Assembly: GCA_951406725.2 (NCBI GenBank)
Contig: OX597815.1
Span: forward strand, 2,790,001-2,854,000
Direction: 5' to 3'
Source of the DNA: Octopus vulgaris
Taxonomy: Eukaryota
DNA: 64,000 bases
The translations under genes were made by a program, and so were the position numbers. The notes under the pieces are model-generated. The model was not told where the DNA came from. It saw only the letters and a list, made by a program, of their open reading frames with translations, and made no database searches. The first letter of the stretch is position 1. Each line of letters opens with the position of its first letter. Positions 12,025 through 24,351 of this stretch are shown here, in pieces.

Positions 12025-12771
12025 TTTTACTTGTTTCAGTCATTTGACTGTGGCCATGCTGGAGCACCGCCTTTAGTCAAACAAATCGAGCCCAAGACTT
12101 ATTCATTTTAAGCCTAGTACTTATTCTATCGGTCTCTTTTGCGAACTGCTAAGTTACAGGGATTAAGCACACCAACATTGGTTGTCAAGCGATGGTGTGG
12201 GGACAAACACAGACACACAAACATACATACACACACACATCAACATTATCATCATTTAACGTCCGTTTTCCATGCTAGCATGGGTTGGACTGTTCAACTG
12301 GAGTCTGGGAAGCCAGGAGGCTGCACAAGGCTCCAGTCTGATCTGGCAGTGTTTCTACAGCTGGATGCCCTTCCTAACGCCAACTATATATATATATATA
12401 TATATGTATAAAAATTATATATAAAAAATACAAAATGGGATAAGAACGCAAAAAACACAAAGAGACGACACAAAGAACAGAGGGGTCATTCGAAGCCTTT
12501 AATCTTCAGTCAGGAACCGGATCGTCCTAGCAAATTTCAGCTGATTAATCTTGATATCGCTCAGATCCGGCCAGCCCCAAGGAAAAACTAAGCTACAAGC
12601 ATTAGATTTCTTGGAAAAAGGATCAAATGTATACGAAACAGGGACAGAAAAATGGACGATGCCACATGAATATAAATACAAAAAACAAAAATAAAATTAA
12701 AAACAAGAATGGTAATAACGGGACAAAAACAGTGGGTGTCTTACGACTTTAGACAATTGAACTTATCTTAG

Positions 12772-12810
<39 letters not shown>

Positions 12811-12952
12811 GCTTCTTTTAGTTTCCATCTACCAAATCCACTCACAAGACTTTGGTCGGCCTGAGGCTATAGCAGAAGGTGCCATGCAGTGTGACTGAAC
12901 CCGGAACCATGTGGTCGGTAAGCAAGCTTCTTACGACACAGCCACTCCTGTA
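12025..12952 (-). mobile_element. SINE family A split at its central microsatellite by about 560 bp of inserts
   Basis: Tail half 12025-12240 and head half about 12800-12952 are in the same orientation, with a family C fragment and an AT-rich insert between them. Confidence 0.75.
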
Positions 12953-13552
12953 CCAAGCTAAAACTTCAGAACTTGGCAAGAAACAAAGTCTTTTTCTTTT
13001 GGACATTTGCAGATATTTACAAAGATATTTCCAGCTCTGGAACCAGCAGAATGAAGACTCCTCGGTGGCAAACTTATCATCCAAGTCATTGCATTCCGTT
13101 TCAAAGATCAGTTCTTTGAAAGCTGTTGGTTTACTGGCATGAATGACTAAGGTAAAAAACATGTCAAAGACAGGGCTTTGAATGCTAGACATAACAGCCA
13201 AACCTTCCTCAAATCACACCCTACTATTTTAGAACAAGGCATATTAAACAATATAATCACTGATACACAAACACACGGGATGGCCACAGTAGGAAAACCC
13301 TTGATCAAGGCCAACCAAGGGCTAAACAACATTTGTGCAGAAGGGAGATATCTAGAAGGGTTGTTGTTATATTGCAAATGTGTTTTCAGTCATAGTGTAT
13401 CTAAGAATACATTATCCAATGTCTCCCTTTTTTTTTAATATGGTAGAGCATGATTTGAGGAAGATTTAGCAGCAATTTCTAGCAGGTGAAGGTACCACAT
13501 ATAGGGTCTGATCAACCATCAAAGAATGCCTGTATTTACACCCACTCTTTAC

Positions 13553-13627
13553 CAAACATTAGACACTGTATCTGCATCTACCCCTAATCGTATGTCAAAC
13601 ATTAGACACTGTATCTGCATCTACCCC
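13553..13627. repeat. Direct duplication of CAAACATTAGACACTGTATCTGCATCTACCCC (43-bp period)
   Basis: Read directly. Confidence 0.85.
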
Positions 13628-14000
13628 AAACCTCCAATTCTTCACTGGGCTCAAAATATCTCATGCTGCTATGAATAAAAGTCTTTAAAACATTGGAGTT
13701 CTCTCCTCTTGAGTAACCATGGTAACTATCAACAGGTTTTCTTGAATTAATTTTCAGCAAAGTGGACAGCCACTGGAGGAAACGACAAAGAAGTTTCCTC
13801 CATAGGTGCACAGAAACAGAAATAGCAACCAAATGGCTGTAGAAATATCATATGATTGCTTTTATAAAAAGAAGGCTAAATTAATGTAGTCCAAGATATA
13901 TGGTAACTGGAAAGGAGGATTTCAGCCAGAATGTCTTCCATTAAAGGATTATTGTATTAGGTCAATTAAACAACCAAACAATTAATCTTATTCTTTTTGT

Positions 14001-14253
14001 ACAGTTCTATATCTTAGAGATGAGGAATTATGTACATTATTTACATTTGACGAGTATTTGTCCTCATCTGGTTTGTTTTGGCTGATATACCCTCCAGCCT
14101 TCATCAGGTGTCTTGGGGAAATTTCAAACCTGGATTCTCATTCCTAAGGTATTTTTCAATGTTGTTATTATTCAGGTCAATGCCTGGGATCGAACTCGGA
14201 ATCTTGGGGTTAGTAACCCGCACTCTTAACCACTACACCATATGCACATGGGC
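14001..14253 (-). mobile_element. Full-length tRNA-headed hammerhead-SINE copy
   Basis: Minus strand TGGTGTAGTGG (A box)..GAGTTCGATCC (B box)..GACACCTGATGAAGGCTGGAGGGTATATCAGCC..ATAGAACTGT. Homologous to 2730-3001; the GAAACGTT side is deleted. Confidence 0.8.
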
Positions 14254-14270
14254 TCTTTTCTCTTTTCTCC

Positions 14271-14660
14271 CTTTTACTTGTTTCAGTCATTTGACTGTGG
14301 CCATGCTGGAGCACCGCCTTTAGTCGAGCAAATTGAGCCCGGGACCTATTTCTTTGTAAGCCCAGCACTTATTCTATCGGCCTCTTTTTGCCGAACCGCT
14401 AAGTGACAGGGACGTAAACACACCAGCATCGGTTGTCAAGCAATGCTAGGGGGACAAACACAGACACACAAACACACACACATATATATATATACATATA
14501 TACGACAGGCTTCTTTCAGTTTCCGTCTACCAAATCCACTCACAAGGCATTGGTCAGCCCGGGGCTATAGCAGAAGACACTTGCCCAAGATGCCACGCAG
14601 TGGGACTGAACCCGCAACCATGTGGTTGGTTAGCAAGCTACTTACCACACAGCCACTCCT
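14271..14660 (-). mobile_element. SINE family A
   Basis: Homologous to 3801-4184. Confidence 0.9.
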
Positions 14661-15089
14661 TTTTTTCCTTCTTCTTACTATTAATTCCTAACACACTTTT
14701 TCACAAAGATTGCAATTAGCCGTTTACGACACAGATCCAAACAGCATATATCATCAGGTATGAATATCTGTGCAGGTATATGCAGAAGCAAATATAATGT
14801 TGTGGCTGCTTGGTGAACGACCTGCACAGGTGATTCGTTTATAGTGATTGCCCCCCCTCCCATCAAATCATAACATTACCTGTACAGGTGCATGGTGTAC
14901 AGGTGCATCAGAGTGATTGTAGGGCTACATCAGATGGAGTGTTTTTGCACAACAAACTACCCAACCTGAGAATTGAAACCATGAGCTCACAATCATGAGT
15001 GCAACGTCCTAACCACTAAACCACACACCATCATTCTATATAAGGCCTGGTAACTTATTCCTACAAACATCATACACATACACACATAC

Positions 15090-15134
<45 letters not shown>

Positions 15135-15136
<2 letters not shown>

Positions 15137-15550
15137 CGCAGGAGTGGCTGTGTGGTAAGTAGCTTGCTTACCAACCACATGGTCCCGGGTTCAGTCCCAC
15201 TGCGTGGCACCTTGGGCAAGTGTCTTCTACTAAACCTTCGGGCTGACCAAAGCCTTGTGAGTGGATTTGGTATACGGAAACTGAAAGAAGCCCGTCGTAT
15301 ATATGTATATATATATATATATATGTGTGTGTGTTTGTGTGTCTGTGTTTGTCCCCCTAGCATTGCATGACAACCGATGCTGGTGTGTTTACGTCCCCGT
15401 CACTTAGCGGTTCAACAAAAGAGGACCGATAGAATAAGTACTGGGCTTACAAAGAATAAGTCCCGGGGTCGATTTGCTCGACTAAAGGCGGTACTCCAGC
15501 ATGGCCGCAGTCAATTGACTGAAACAAGTGCAAGAGTGAAAGAATAAAGA
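15135..15550 (+). mobile_element. SINE family A, full length
   Basis: Homologous to 3801-4184. Confidence 0.9.
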
Positions 15551-15571
15551 ATATATATATATATATATATA

Positions 15572-15736
15572 TACGACAGGCTTCTTTCAGTTTCCGTCTA
15601 CCAAATCCGCTCACAAGGCTTTGGTCAGCCCAAGGCTTTAGTAGAAGACACTTGCCCAAGGTGCCACACAGTTGGACTGAACCCGGAACCATGTGGTTGG
15701 TAAGCAAGCTACTTACCACACAGCCGCTCCTGTGCC
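15572..15736 (-). mobile_element. SINE family A, head half
   Basis: Reverse complement of the 15135-15300 head. Confidence 0.85.
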
Positions 15737-16176
15737 TACTGTTTATTTCATGGAAAAATCCTTTACATTTGTGCTTACATGGAAAATGATGTAAATCAGA
15801 GTGGAGTGGGGGGTGGGGGAGAAATAGTAAAGTGTTGTTAAAATTTAGAAAAAGAAACAAGCAAAAACTAAACAAGAATTAGGTGAAAATGCAATGTTTC
15901 TTTGTGGTAATGCTAAATCTGGTTGCCATAGGAATGTCATGGTATGGAGTTACACGTTGGTGATTCAACAATAATTCCTGATAAACTAACAGGATTTCCT
16001 TGTGGAAGATAGAATGTTCTTGCAACAATTTCCTGCTGGTTCCATGGGAGGGTCTGATTCCAGCAGAAATATGAAGTCTGCAAAATGGTGGTTCCTGCTG
16101 CTTCCAGTAGGAAGCTATTGTGGTCCCGCTAATCTATTTACAGTAAGACAGACAAAATCAGCAAGAGTCGAATGCT

Positions 16177-16790
16177 TTAACCCTTTTGATATCAACCTGC
16201 CTGAGATTATCCCCGATTCTATGATATAATCTTCATGTTTTAAAATGATCGTAATTAGAACCTTAAGTCAAAATTCCATGTTGATTTATGTACCAAACAA
16301 CAGATTAATAATGACTAAAGTTATTTTATTAAATTCTTCGTTATTTTTGAAGTTAATTGAAACAAAGACAGTATATTCAACCGAAATATTATAACGAAGG
16401 GGTTTAAATTATCTAAAAACCCCTCCACTAAAATTTCAAGTTACTTTATAATACAGAAACCAGCTTCATAAGGACCAAGTTTTTTACTGAATTCTTCATT
16501 ATTTTGGAAATGACTAAATTATTGACTAAATTATTTTACTAAAATCTTCATTATTTCTAGAATTAATTGAAACAAAAATTTTATTTAATTTTTTTGATAA
16601 CAACCTACTTGAGATTATCACTGATTCTAGGATGTAAACTTCATATTTTAAATTGATCTTAATTAATCCATCCTCACAAATTTTCAAGTTAATTTATATT
16701 CCAAGCACTAGCTTACTAATGACAAGATTATTTTAATAAATTATTTTCAAAATAAACTGAAACAAAATCAGTTTATTTCAACAGAAATAT
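16177..16790. mobile_element. piggyBac-type MITE (TTAA-CCC...GGG-TTTAA) followed by two partial tandem copies
   Basis: TTAACCCTTT at 16177 and AAGGGGTTTAA at about 16397-16407. Internal blocks (TTATTTTA..AAATTCTTC..TAATTGAAACAAA) recur to about 16790. Confidence 0.55.
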
Positions 16791-17313
16791 GATCTGAAAT
16801 GTCTGAATACAAATTGCTGAATCTCTGTTCACCTCTGACTCAACAGATTTATCATTAAAAGTTATTCCAGCTATGACTATCCTATGTTTTTAAGGTACAG
16901 TGTATCAAGGATTACATTTTCCAGTGTGTCCTTTCTTTTATAAGGCATAATGGTATAATCTGAGGGAGACTTGGCACTTACTTCAAGCAGATCAAGCCAC
17001 TACAGAGCCTCTCTTAGTAACGTTGCTAAGTGGTTCTTTCCTAAGGTTGAAAGTGTTTAGTTGTGCAGTTATTAAAAGGAAGGACTACTTTACCTGGATG
17101 TGCTGTTCTTTTGCCAGTAACTAAACCACACACACACACACATAATGATGCAGAAAATATGTCCTACAGTCCAGTGACATCATTCATGGCCCAATGATGT
17201 GTTTTTTCACATACATTATCTATAAAGAGAATTTCTCTCCCAAGACAGTTCTCACAGCAGAGGTCTTTCCACATTCAAGTGTGCACAAACATGCTAAATA
17301 GAACTGTACACAC

Positions 17314-17690
17314 ATCATCATCGTCATTTAACATCAGTCTTCCTTGCTGGCATGGGTTGGACGGTTTGACTGGGTACAGGCAAGCCAGTAGGCTGCGTCA
17401 GGCTCCAATCTGATCTAGCAAGGTTTCTACAGCTGGATGCCCTTCCTAACGCCAACCACTCCGAGAGTGCAGTGGGTGCTTTTTACGTGCCACCAGCTTG
17501 GGAGCCAGTCAGGCAGTACTGGCATCAACCATGCTCAAATGGTGCTTTTTACATGCCACTGGCACAGGAACCAGTCAATGGGGGACTGGCATCAACCACG
17601 TTTGGATGCTGCCTTTTAGGTGTGAACAGCACAGGGAGCCAGTTAGGTGGCACTGGCATCAACCCACGCTTGAGGTATCAACCCCAGCCA
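17314..17690 (-). mobile_element. Repeat family C copy
   Basis: Same blocks as 3020-3700. Confidence 0.8.
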
Positions 17691-18310
17691 ATGCTATTTG
17701 GTGTACCTCTGGTTTATTAATTCGAGCTTGACAAAGCTTTGCACACATCAGCAAATTCATTATTTGCTGTTTAAGTATATGAATGGTAGCTCTTAGTAAG
17801 CTGTGGATGACAGAATTGGTGTCCGTAGCTGATAAGGCACAATGATGCAGAAAAATGTGTCTTACAGTCCTATGATGTCATTCATAGTCCAGTGTTGTGG
17901 ACCTTGAGGTAAAGTCTTGGCATCTCATCACCATCATCTCTCCTTTTTTTAGTTGTGGCAGCCATGTATCTCCTCTACAGTAAGACATCTGTTCCTAACC
18001 CTCCATCATAACCTCTCAACATCTGGCATAAAGCCATCTCACTCAAAAATATAACACCACTCGGTGAAGGGGTTTTATCTTGCAAGTTGCTTGGCAAAGC
18101 ACCCTATACACTGTAAAGTAGCTGGTATTAAGAGGGGCATCTAGTTGTAGAAACCATGCCAAAACAGTCACTGAGCTCAACACAGGCCTCTAGTTGGATT
18201 CTGTCAAGCCATCCCTGCCAACATGGAATACAGAAGCTAAATGACGATGATGGTTGTCTGTAAGGACAATTTCTGCAGTGAAGGTTTTCTCATAACAGAC
18301 ATGTTAAATA

Positions 18311-18866
18311 CGAGGGTGAGTCAAAAAGTAATGCCATTTTGTTTAGGACAGGTATAAATACCAACACAGGAACATGTATCATACATCAAAATGAAGCTGG
18401 TCCTCTGTGGATCACATCCCTACTTCTCAACATAGTCACCGTTTCTCTCAATAGCAATGTTCCACCTTCGAATGAGAGCATGTATCCCTGCCCCATAAAA
18501 TTCTGTTGACTGTTCTTTGAGCCACTTCTTCACTACAGTTTTCTCTTCCTCGTCACTGGAATAATGTTTGTCTCTCAAACCCTCTTTCATGGGGCCAAAG
18601 AGATGATAGTCTGAAGGCGCTAAATCTGGTGAGTGTGGAGGTAGTGAAGAAGTGGCTCAAAGAACAGTCAACAGAATTTTATGGGGCAGAGATACATGCT
18701 CTCATTCGAAGGTGGAACATTGCTATTGAGAGAAACGGTGTCTATGTTGAGAAATAGGGATGTGACCCACAGAGGACCAGCTTCATTTTGATGCATGATA
18801 CATGTTCCTGTGTTGGTAATTATACCTGTCCTAAACAAAATGGCATTACTTTTTGACTCACCCTCG
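18311..18866. mobile_element. mariner-derived foldback MITE, 226-bp inverted arms, TA TSD
   Basis: TA-CGAGGGTGAGTCAAAAAGTAATGCC...GGCATTACTTTTTGACTCACCCTCG-TA. The minus strand reads PHSPDLAPSDYHLFGPMKEGLR..KKWLKEQSTEFY..RW..IERNGDYVEK* (mariner transposase C-terminus). Confidence 0.92.
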
Positions 18867-18954
18867 TATAACTGCACAACTATATTTTAAGGAGCATTGC
18901 TTCATGAACCTCTAGCTGATCAATGATATTTAGTTCATGTTTACTTTAACGAGT

Positions 18955-19282
18955 GAAGGCGCGTGGCTTAGTGGTTAGGGCATTCGGCTCACGATTGTGA
19001 GGTCGTGAGCTCAATTCCCAGGTGATGCGTTGTGTCCTTGAGCAAGACACTTTATTTCACTTTGCTCCAGTTCAGTTCACTCAGCTGGCAAAAATGAGTA
19101 GTACCTGTATTTCCAAGGGCCCCCTAGTCACACTCAGTGCCATGCTGAATCTCTCTGAGAACTACATTAGGGGTACACGTGTGTGTGGATTGCTCAGTCA
19201 CTTGCATGTTAATTTCACGAGCAAGCTGTTCCGTTGATTGTATTTGCTGGGACCCTCGTCATCGTAACCGATGGAGTGCTCC
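18955..19282 (+). mobile_element. tRNA-derived SINE family E, 13-bp TSD
   Basis: Head TGGCTTAGTGG, core GTTGTGTCCTTGAGCAAGACACTTTA. TSD TACTTTAACGAGT at 18942-18954 and 19283-19295. Other copies at 46038-46295 (-) and 53158-53410 (-). Confidence 0.85.
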
Positions 19283-19767
19283 TACTTTAACGAGTTTAAC
19301 TAAGTTTTATTCCTTCAAATTTGCTTCTGAGGTGGATATCATCATTGTCATCATTTAACATATGACTTCCATAGTGGCATGGGTCCAATGGTTTGACAGG
19401 AATTGGCAAGCTGGAGAGCTGCACCAAGCTCTGCCTGTTTTGGCATAGTTTCTATGGCTGGATGCCCGTCCTTTACACCAACCACTTTACAGAGTGTACT
19501 GGGTGCTTTTGTCTATGGCACCAGCACTGGTGCTTTTTATAAGTGACAGCGACATCAGTGGGGTCACTAAGTAACTCACAAGATGAAGACCCCACCCTAG
19601 CTGGGAGAGGGATGGGGGTGGAACCACAGGAAGTGGCTTTATGCCAGGTGAAAGGTTAGAGAGTAAGAGAAGGATGGAAATAGATGTCATACTGTAGAAA
19701 AGATACTTGGCTACCCCAGAAGGAGAGGGAGGAGAGACAGAGATAGAGAGAAAGGTGAGAGTGAGAA

Positions 19768-19922
19768 ATATATTTCTTTACTGCCCACAAGGGGCTAAAC
19801 ATAGAGGGGACAACAAGGACAGACAAAGGGATTAAAGTCGATTACATTGACCCCAGTGCGAAACTGGTACCTTATTTATCGACCCCGAAAGGATGAAAGG
19901 CAAAGTCAACCTCAGCGGAATT
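19768..19922 (-). mobile_element. SINE family B 3' fragment with the AGCCCCTTGTGG tail
   Basis: Homologous to 32568-32790. Confidence 0.75.
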
Positions 19923-20763
19923 AGATAGATGGTGTTGGAGAGGCATTAGGACCTACTCTCATATAGCAGGGGGAATACAGAGGGGATGTTCAATAAGAAT
20001 GTAGAGGGGGAAGAGGTGACTGTAGCAAGTGATGGTGAGAGAAATCAGAGTGGCTAGTCGGGGGGGGGGGGTATGGTAGATGTGTGAGGGCATGGAGAGT
20101 GTGTGGGTAGGTACACGAGGCAAAGAGAAGGGACCAAAAGTGGATTGCTTGTTTTGTAAAAATCTGAGTGGGTTTCATTTGCTCTTTTAAATTTTTGGGC
20201 AATGTGTGGTTATCAAGGGGGAGGGACAGAGATTAAAAAAAAAAAAATTACAGAAAAAAAAATTAAAATGACACTACACAGCTCATTTAGTTGAAAATAC
20301 CAAACAACAACAACAACCAGAACAACAACAACAACGACGACATAGGTGTTGATGATGCCATTTCCTTGATTATTTTCAAGGAGGAGAGATTATCAAGTTA
20401 ACATTTCTACAATGGTTTCAACTTTCTCACACTCATCCCATTTATCATATTCATTATTTTTTTTTTGTGTTTTAATGTTTTCTGTTTAATACTTCCTTTT
20501 ATGAAAGATGGAGAAGGAAGCAGGGGCACTCATGTGCCTTGCAGGCACACTCACAGAATTAGTGAGATTGGAGTGGTTGACAGCCAGACTGACCTTTGAA
20601 GGACCCAATCCTAAATTTGAGGAGAATGGTGTGGCTGAGAGCCTGATGTGACCTTTGAAGGACCCACTCCCAAATTTGAGAAGATAGGCTGATAGCCAAA
20701 CCTGAATGTCTTCCAAGTTACAGTAAAAATAGGTAAATAAAAAAATATATATAACAATAAATA

Positions 20764-21090
20764 GACACAGGTGTGGCTGTGTGGTAAGAAGCTTGCTTCC
20801 CAACCACATGGTTCTAGGTTTGGTTCCACTGCATGGGGGCACCTTAGGCCGACCAAAGGTCTTATGCATTTGGCAGACAGAAACTGAAAGAAGCCCCTCG
20901 TGTGTGTGTGTGTATGTGTCCTCGCATCATCGCTTGAAAACCAGTGTTGGTGTGTTTACATCCCTTCTATTCAGCAAAGAGCCCAATAGAAGAAGTACTA
21001 GGCTTAAAAATAAGTCCTGGGGTTGAATTGTGTGACAAAAACACTTCAAGGTGGTGCTGCATTCAAATGACTAAAACAAGTAAAAGAATA
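20764..21090 (+). mobile_element. SINE family A, degenerate
   Basis: Homologous to 3801-4184. Confidence 0.75.
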
Positions 21091-21463
21091 AATAAATAAA
21101 TAAATAAGGTGCTAGGAAAGGAGCTAAGTGTCTGTCCTACATGTTTGCAAGGGATTAGCATATTTGACATTAGCCCACCTGAGACCACTCTTGGAGCTGA
21201 TAGAACCTTCCTGTTTTAAAAGGATCTCAATTAAAACCTATCAAAATTTCATGTTATGTTCACTTTAAAAGAGAAATCAGTTTCCCATTCACCCGTCATA
21301 TGCAATGACTATCAATAAATCACAAGGGCACATTTGATAAAGTGGGGCTGTTTTGCCTGAACCTGTATTCGGCTATGGTCAGCTATATGTTGCATTTTCA
21401 AGGGCTCACAAAATTTCTGATGTGAAAGTTAAAGTTATTGCCCATCAATTGAAGGGCACAATA

Positions 21464-21873
21464 GGCGCAGGAGTGGCTGTGTGGTAAGTAGCTTGCTAAC
21501 CAGCCACATGGTTCCGGGTTCAGTCCCACTGCGTGGCATCTTGGGCAAGTGTCTTCTGCTATAGCCCCGGGCCGACCAATGCCTTGTGAGTGAATTTGGT
21601 AGACGGAAACTGAAAGAAGCCTGTCGTATATATGTATATATATATATGTATATGTATGTATGTGTATGTGTTTGTGTGTCTGTGTTTGTCCCCTAGCATT
21701 GCTTGACAACCGATGCTGGTGTGTTTACGTCCCCGTTACTTAGCGGTTCGGCAAAAAGAGACCGATAGAATAAGTACTGGGCTTACAAAAGAATAAGTCC
21801 CGGGGTCGATTTGTTCGACTAAAGGCGGTGCTCCAGCATGGCCGCAGTCAAAGGACTGAAACATGTAAAAGAG
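21464..21873 (+). mobile_element. SINE family A, full length
   Basis: Homologous to 3801-4184. Confidence 0.9.
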
Positions 21874-22099
21874 TTATCAACACTGACAAAGGAAAAGAAG
21901 AGGGGAAACTTACACGAAGACCATAGTCTGCAAAGAAGTATTGAGTTGAAATGTGTATTGGCTCAGAGCCATCGCCTTGGCTTATAAGTTACCAGTGATG
22001 CGGCTTTTTGACTATACCATGTTGCATTAAATTTTAATCCCCGTGAATAATATAGAATAATATAGAATAGAGAATAATTTTTTTTACTATAAAATTTTT

Positions 22100-22254
22100 C
22101 AGTTCAATATTTATGAGATGAAGAATTATGTACATTATTTACATTTGATGGATATTTGTCCTCATCTTGTTTGTTAACATTTCGGCTGATACACCCTCCA
22201 GCACTCATGTTGTTTGGGGAAATTTCAAACCTGGGTTCTCATTCCTAAGGTATT
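22100..22254 (-). mobile_element. Third, partial copy of the hammerhead-SINE (3' half, core degraded)
   Basis: Homologous to 14001-14160. CAGCC-GAAA is retained but CTGATGA is lost. Confidence 0.75.
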
Positions 22255-22545
22255 GTTCCTTCTCAAGCCATACCTGGCTCATAAAGGCTGGTTTCCCGGT
22301 TTCCTTGGCATATAGTTTCCCCACCTGGACAGGACGCCGATCCATCGCAGGTGAGCTGCAAAATGCAGGAGGAAAGAGTGAGAGAAAGTTGTGGCAAATG
22401 AGTCAGCAGAAGTTCGCCATTACCTTCTGCCAGAGCCGCGTGGAGCTTAGGTGTTTCGCTCATAAACACACACATCGCCCGGTCTGAGATTCGAACCCAC
22501 GATCGTGAGTCTGCTGCTCTAACCACTAGGCCGTGTGCCTCCACA
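22255..22545 (-). mobile_element. tRNA-derived SINE family D (tail type 2)
   Basis: Head GGAGGCACACGGCCTAGTGGTTAGAGC..GGTTCGAATCT; body shared with 51473-51660. Confidence 0.8.
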
Positions 22546-22784
22546 CTAAGTTATGAGGATGTACACAAACTAATACTGGTTGTTAAGCAGTAGTAGGGGC
22601 CAAACACACACACTGCCAGGCTGCTGGACATACAGCGACAAAATGCTATTTGCTACAAGTGAAACAGCAAATAATACAAGACCACCTCTGTAAGGAAAGG
22701 ATCAGATGACAAGTGCCCCTGCTCAGAGTATGTTAAAGGGTCATGGAGGATTGCTCATTTGTTAAAATGGGTCCCAGTGATAAG

Positions 22785-23090
22785 ATTTTAGTCAAACAAA
22801 TTGACCCCAGGACTAATGTTTTTTTTAAGCCTGGTAATTAATCAGTCTTTTGTTGAACTGCTAAGTTACAGGGACATTAACAAACCAACACTGGCTGTCA
22901 AGCAGGAGAAGGATATACACACACGCACACGCACACACACAAAGAAGCTTCTGTCCACCATATCCAATCTCAAAGCTTTGGTCAACCCAAGGCTATAGTA
23001 GAAGACACTTGCTCAAGGTACCTCATGGTGGGACTGAACCCAAAATTATGTATTTGGGAAGCAAACTGCTTACCACACAGCCACGCCTGT
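22785..23090 (-). mobile_element. SINE family A, degenerate
   Basis: Homologous to 3801-4184. Confidence 0.7.
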
Positions 23091-23395
23091 TCAACATTTT
23101 ACTGCAATGCTACTAAATGACTGACCTACGTGACTGAAGATTGACTCTTAATTATCATCATCATCATCTCCTACAACTAGTAAGTAACTGATCAAGGTAT
23201 CTACATGACTAAAGATTGAGTCTCATATCATCATACAGTACTGCTACTACATAACTCATTAGTCTATCTGACTAATGAGGACTCTTACTCATCAATTAAA
23301 ATGTACTGCTACCACATGAATGACTGATGTCTGAGACTAAAGACTGAGCCTTGCACATCATCGTACTATACTAATATTACATGTGTGATCTATGT

Positions 23396-24351
23396 CGGTG
23401 CTTCTCAAACTGTCTGATGTGGAGTACTGGCAGTTCTGTTTTTTTACCAATGGGCTAACTGGCTTCTGTGCCTGTGGCACATAAAAGGCACTATTCGTGT
23501 GTGATCGTTACCAGCGTCACCTTACTGGCACTTGTGCCCGTGCTAGTAGGGTGCCAAGAGAACCATCTGAGTGTGATCGTTGACAGAGCAGCTAACCAGC
23601 TTCCGTGCCAGTGGCACATAAAAGGGCACCATTTGAGTGTGATCGTTACCAGCATCGCCTTACTGGCACCTGTGCCGTTGGCATGTGTAAAAAGATTCGA
23701 GCGAGGTCATTGCCAGTACTGCCTGACTGGGCCCCGTGCTGGTGGCATGTAAAAGCACCCACTACACTCTCGGAGTGGTTGGCATTAGGAAGGGCATCCA
23801 GCTGTAGAAACTCTGCCAGATCAAGACTGGAGCCTAGTACAGCCATCTGGTTCGCCAGCCCTCAGTCAAACCATCCAGCCCATGCTAGCATGGAAAGCGG
23901 ACGTTAAACAATGATGATGATGATGATGATGTGCCATGGACAAGTAATATTTCTTAGTAATATTAATTTATACCGGAAACAATATATATAATAAATATAA
24001 TAAAAGTTGACAATTTTTTTTGATCTCCACATAAAAAACACCAACTAATCGTGGTCGTTGCCAGCCTCATCTAGTCCCTGGGCCGGTGACACGTATAAAG
24101 CACCCATACACTCACGGAGTGGTTAGGAAGGGCACCCAGCTATAGAAACACTGCCAGATCAGACTGGAGCCTGGTGCGGCCTCCTGGCTTCCCAGACCCC
24201 AGTCAAACTGTCCAATCCATGCCAGCATGGAAAACAAATATTAAACGATAATGATGATTTTATGTTTCTTTTCTGGAAACTTGCCACATACCGGCAACTG
24301 ATGGTATGCGGAGCGGCACCGGTCTGTGGACCACCACTTTCAGTAGCACTG
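23396..24351. mobile_element. hAT (Charlie-like) MITE with two nested family C inserts
   Basis: Ends CGGTGCTTCTCAAA...TTTCAGTAGCACTG; 8-bp flanks ATCTATGT/ATATATGT. Family C at about 23455-23930 and 24053-24258 (+). Confidence 0.7.

Noticed and set aside
12955-13160. Possible minus-strand exon after TTTTTTACCTTAG
   Set aside because: The frame is open but shows no similarity to the rapsyn C-terminal half or any family I recognise.
15070-15370. Recurrent small ORFs (MLGGQTQTH..., RRHLPKVPRSGTEPGTMW...)
   Set aside because: Translations of SINE family A, not a gene family.
15985-16145. Possible minus-strand exon containing HFADF
   Set aside because: Does not match the expected rapsyn GDR..CFADIHR exon, and the splice signals are weak.
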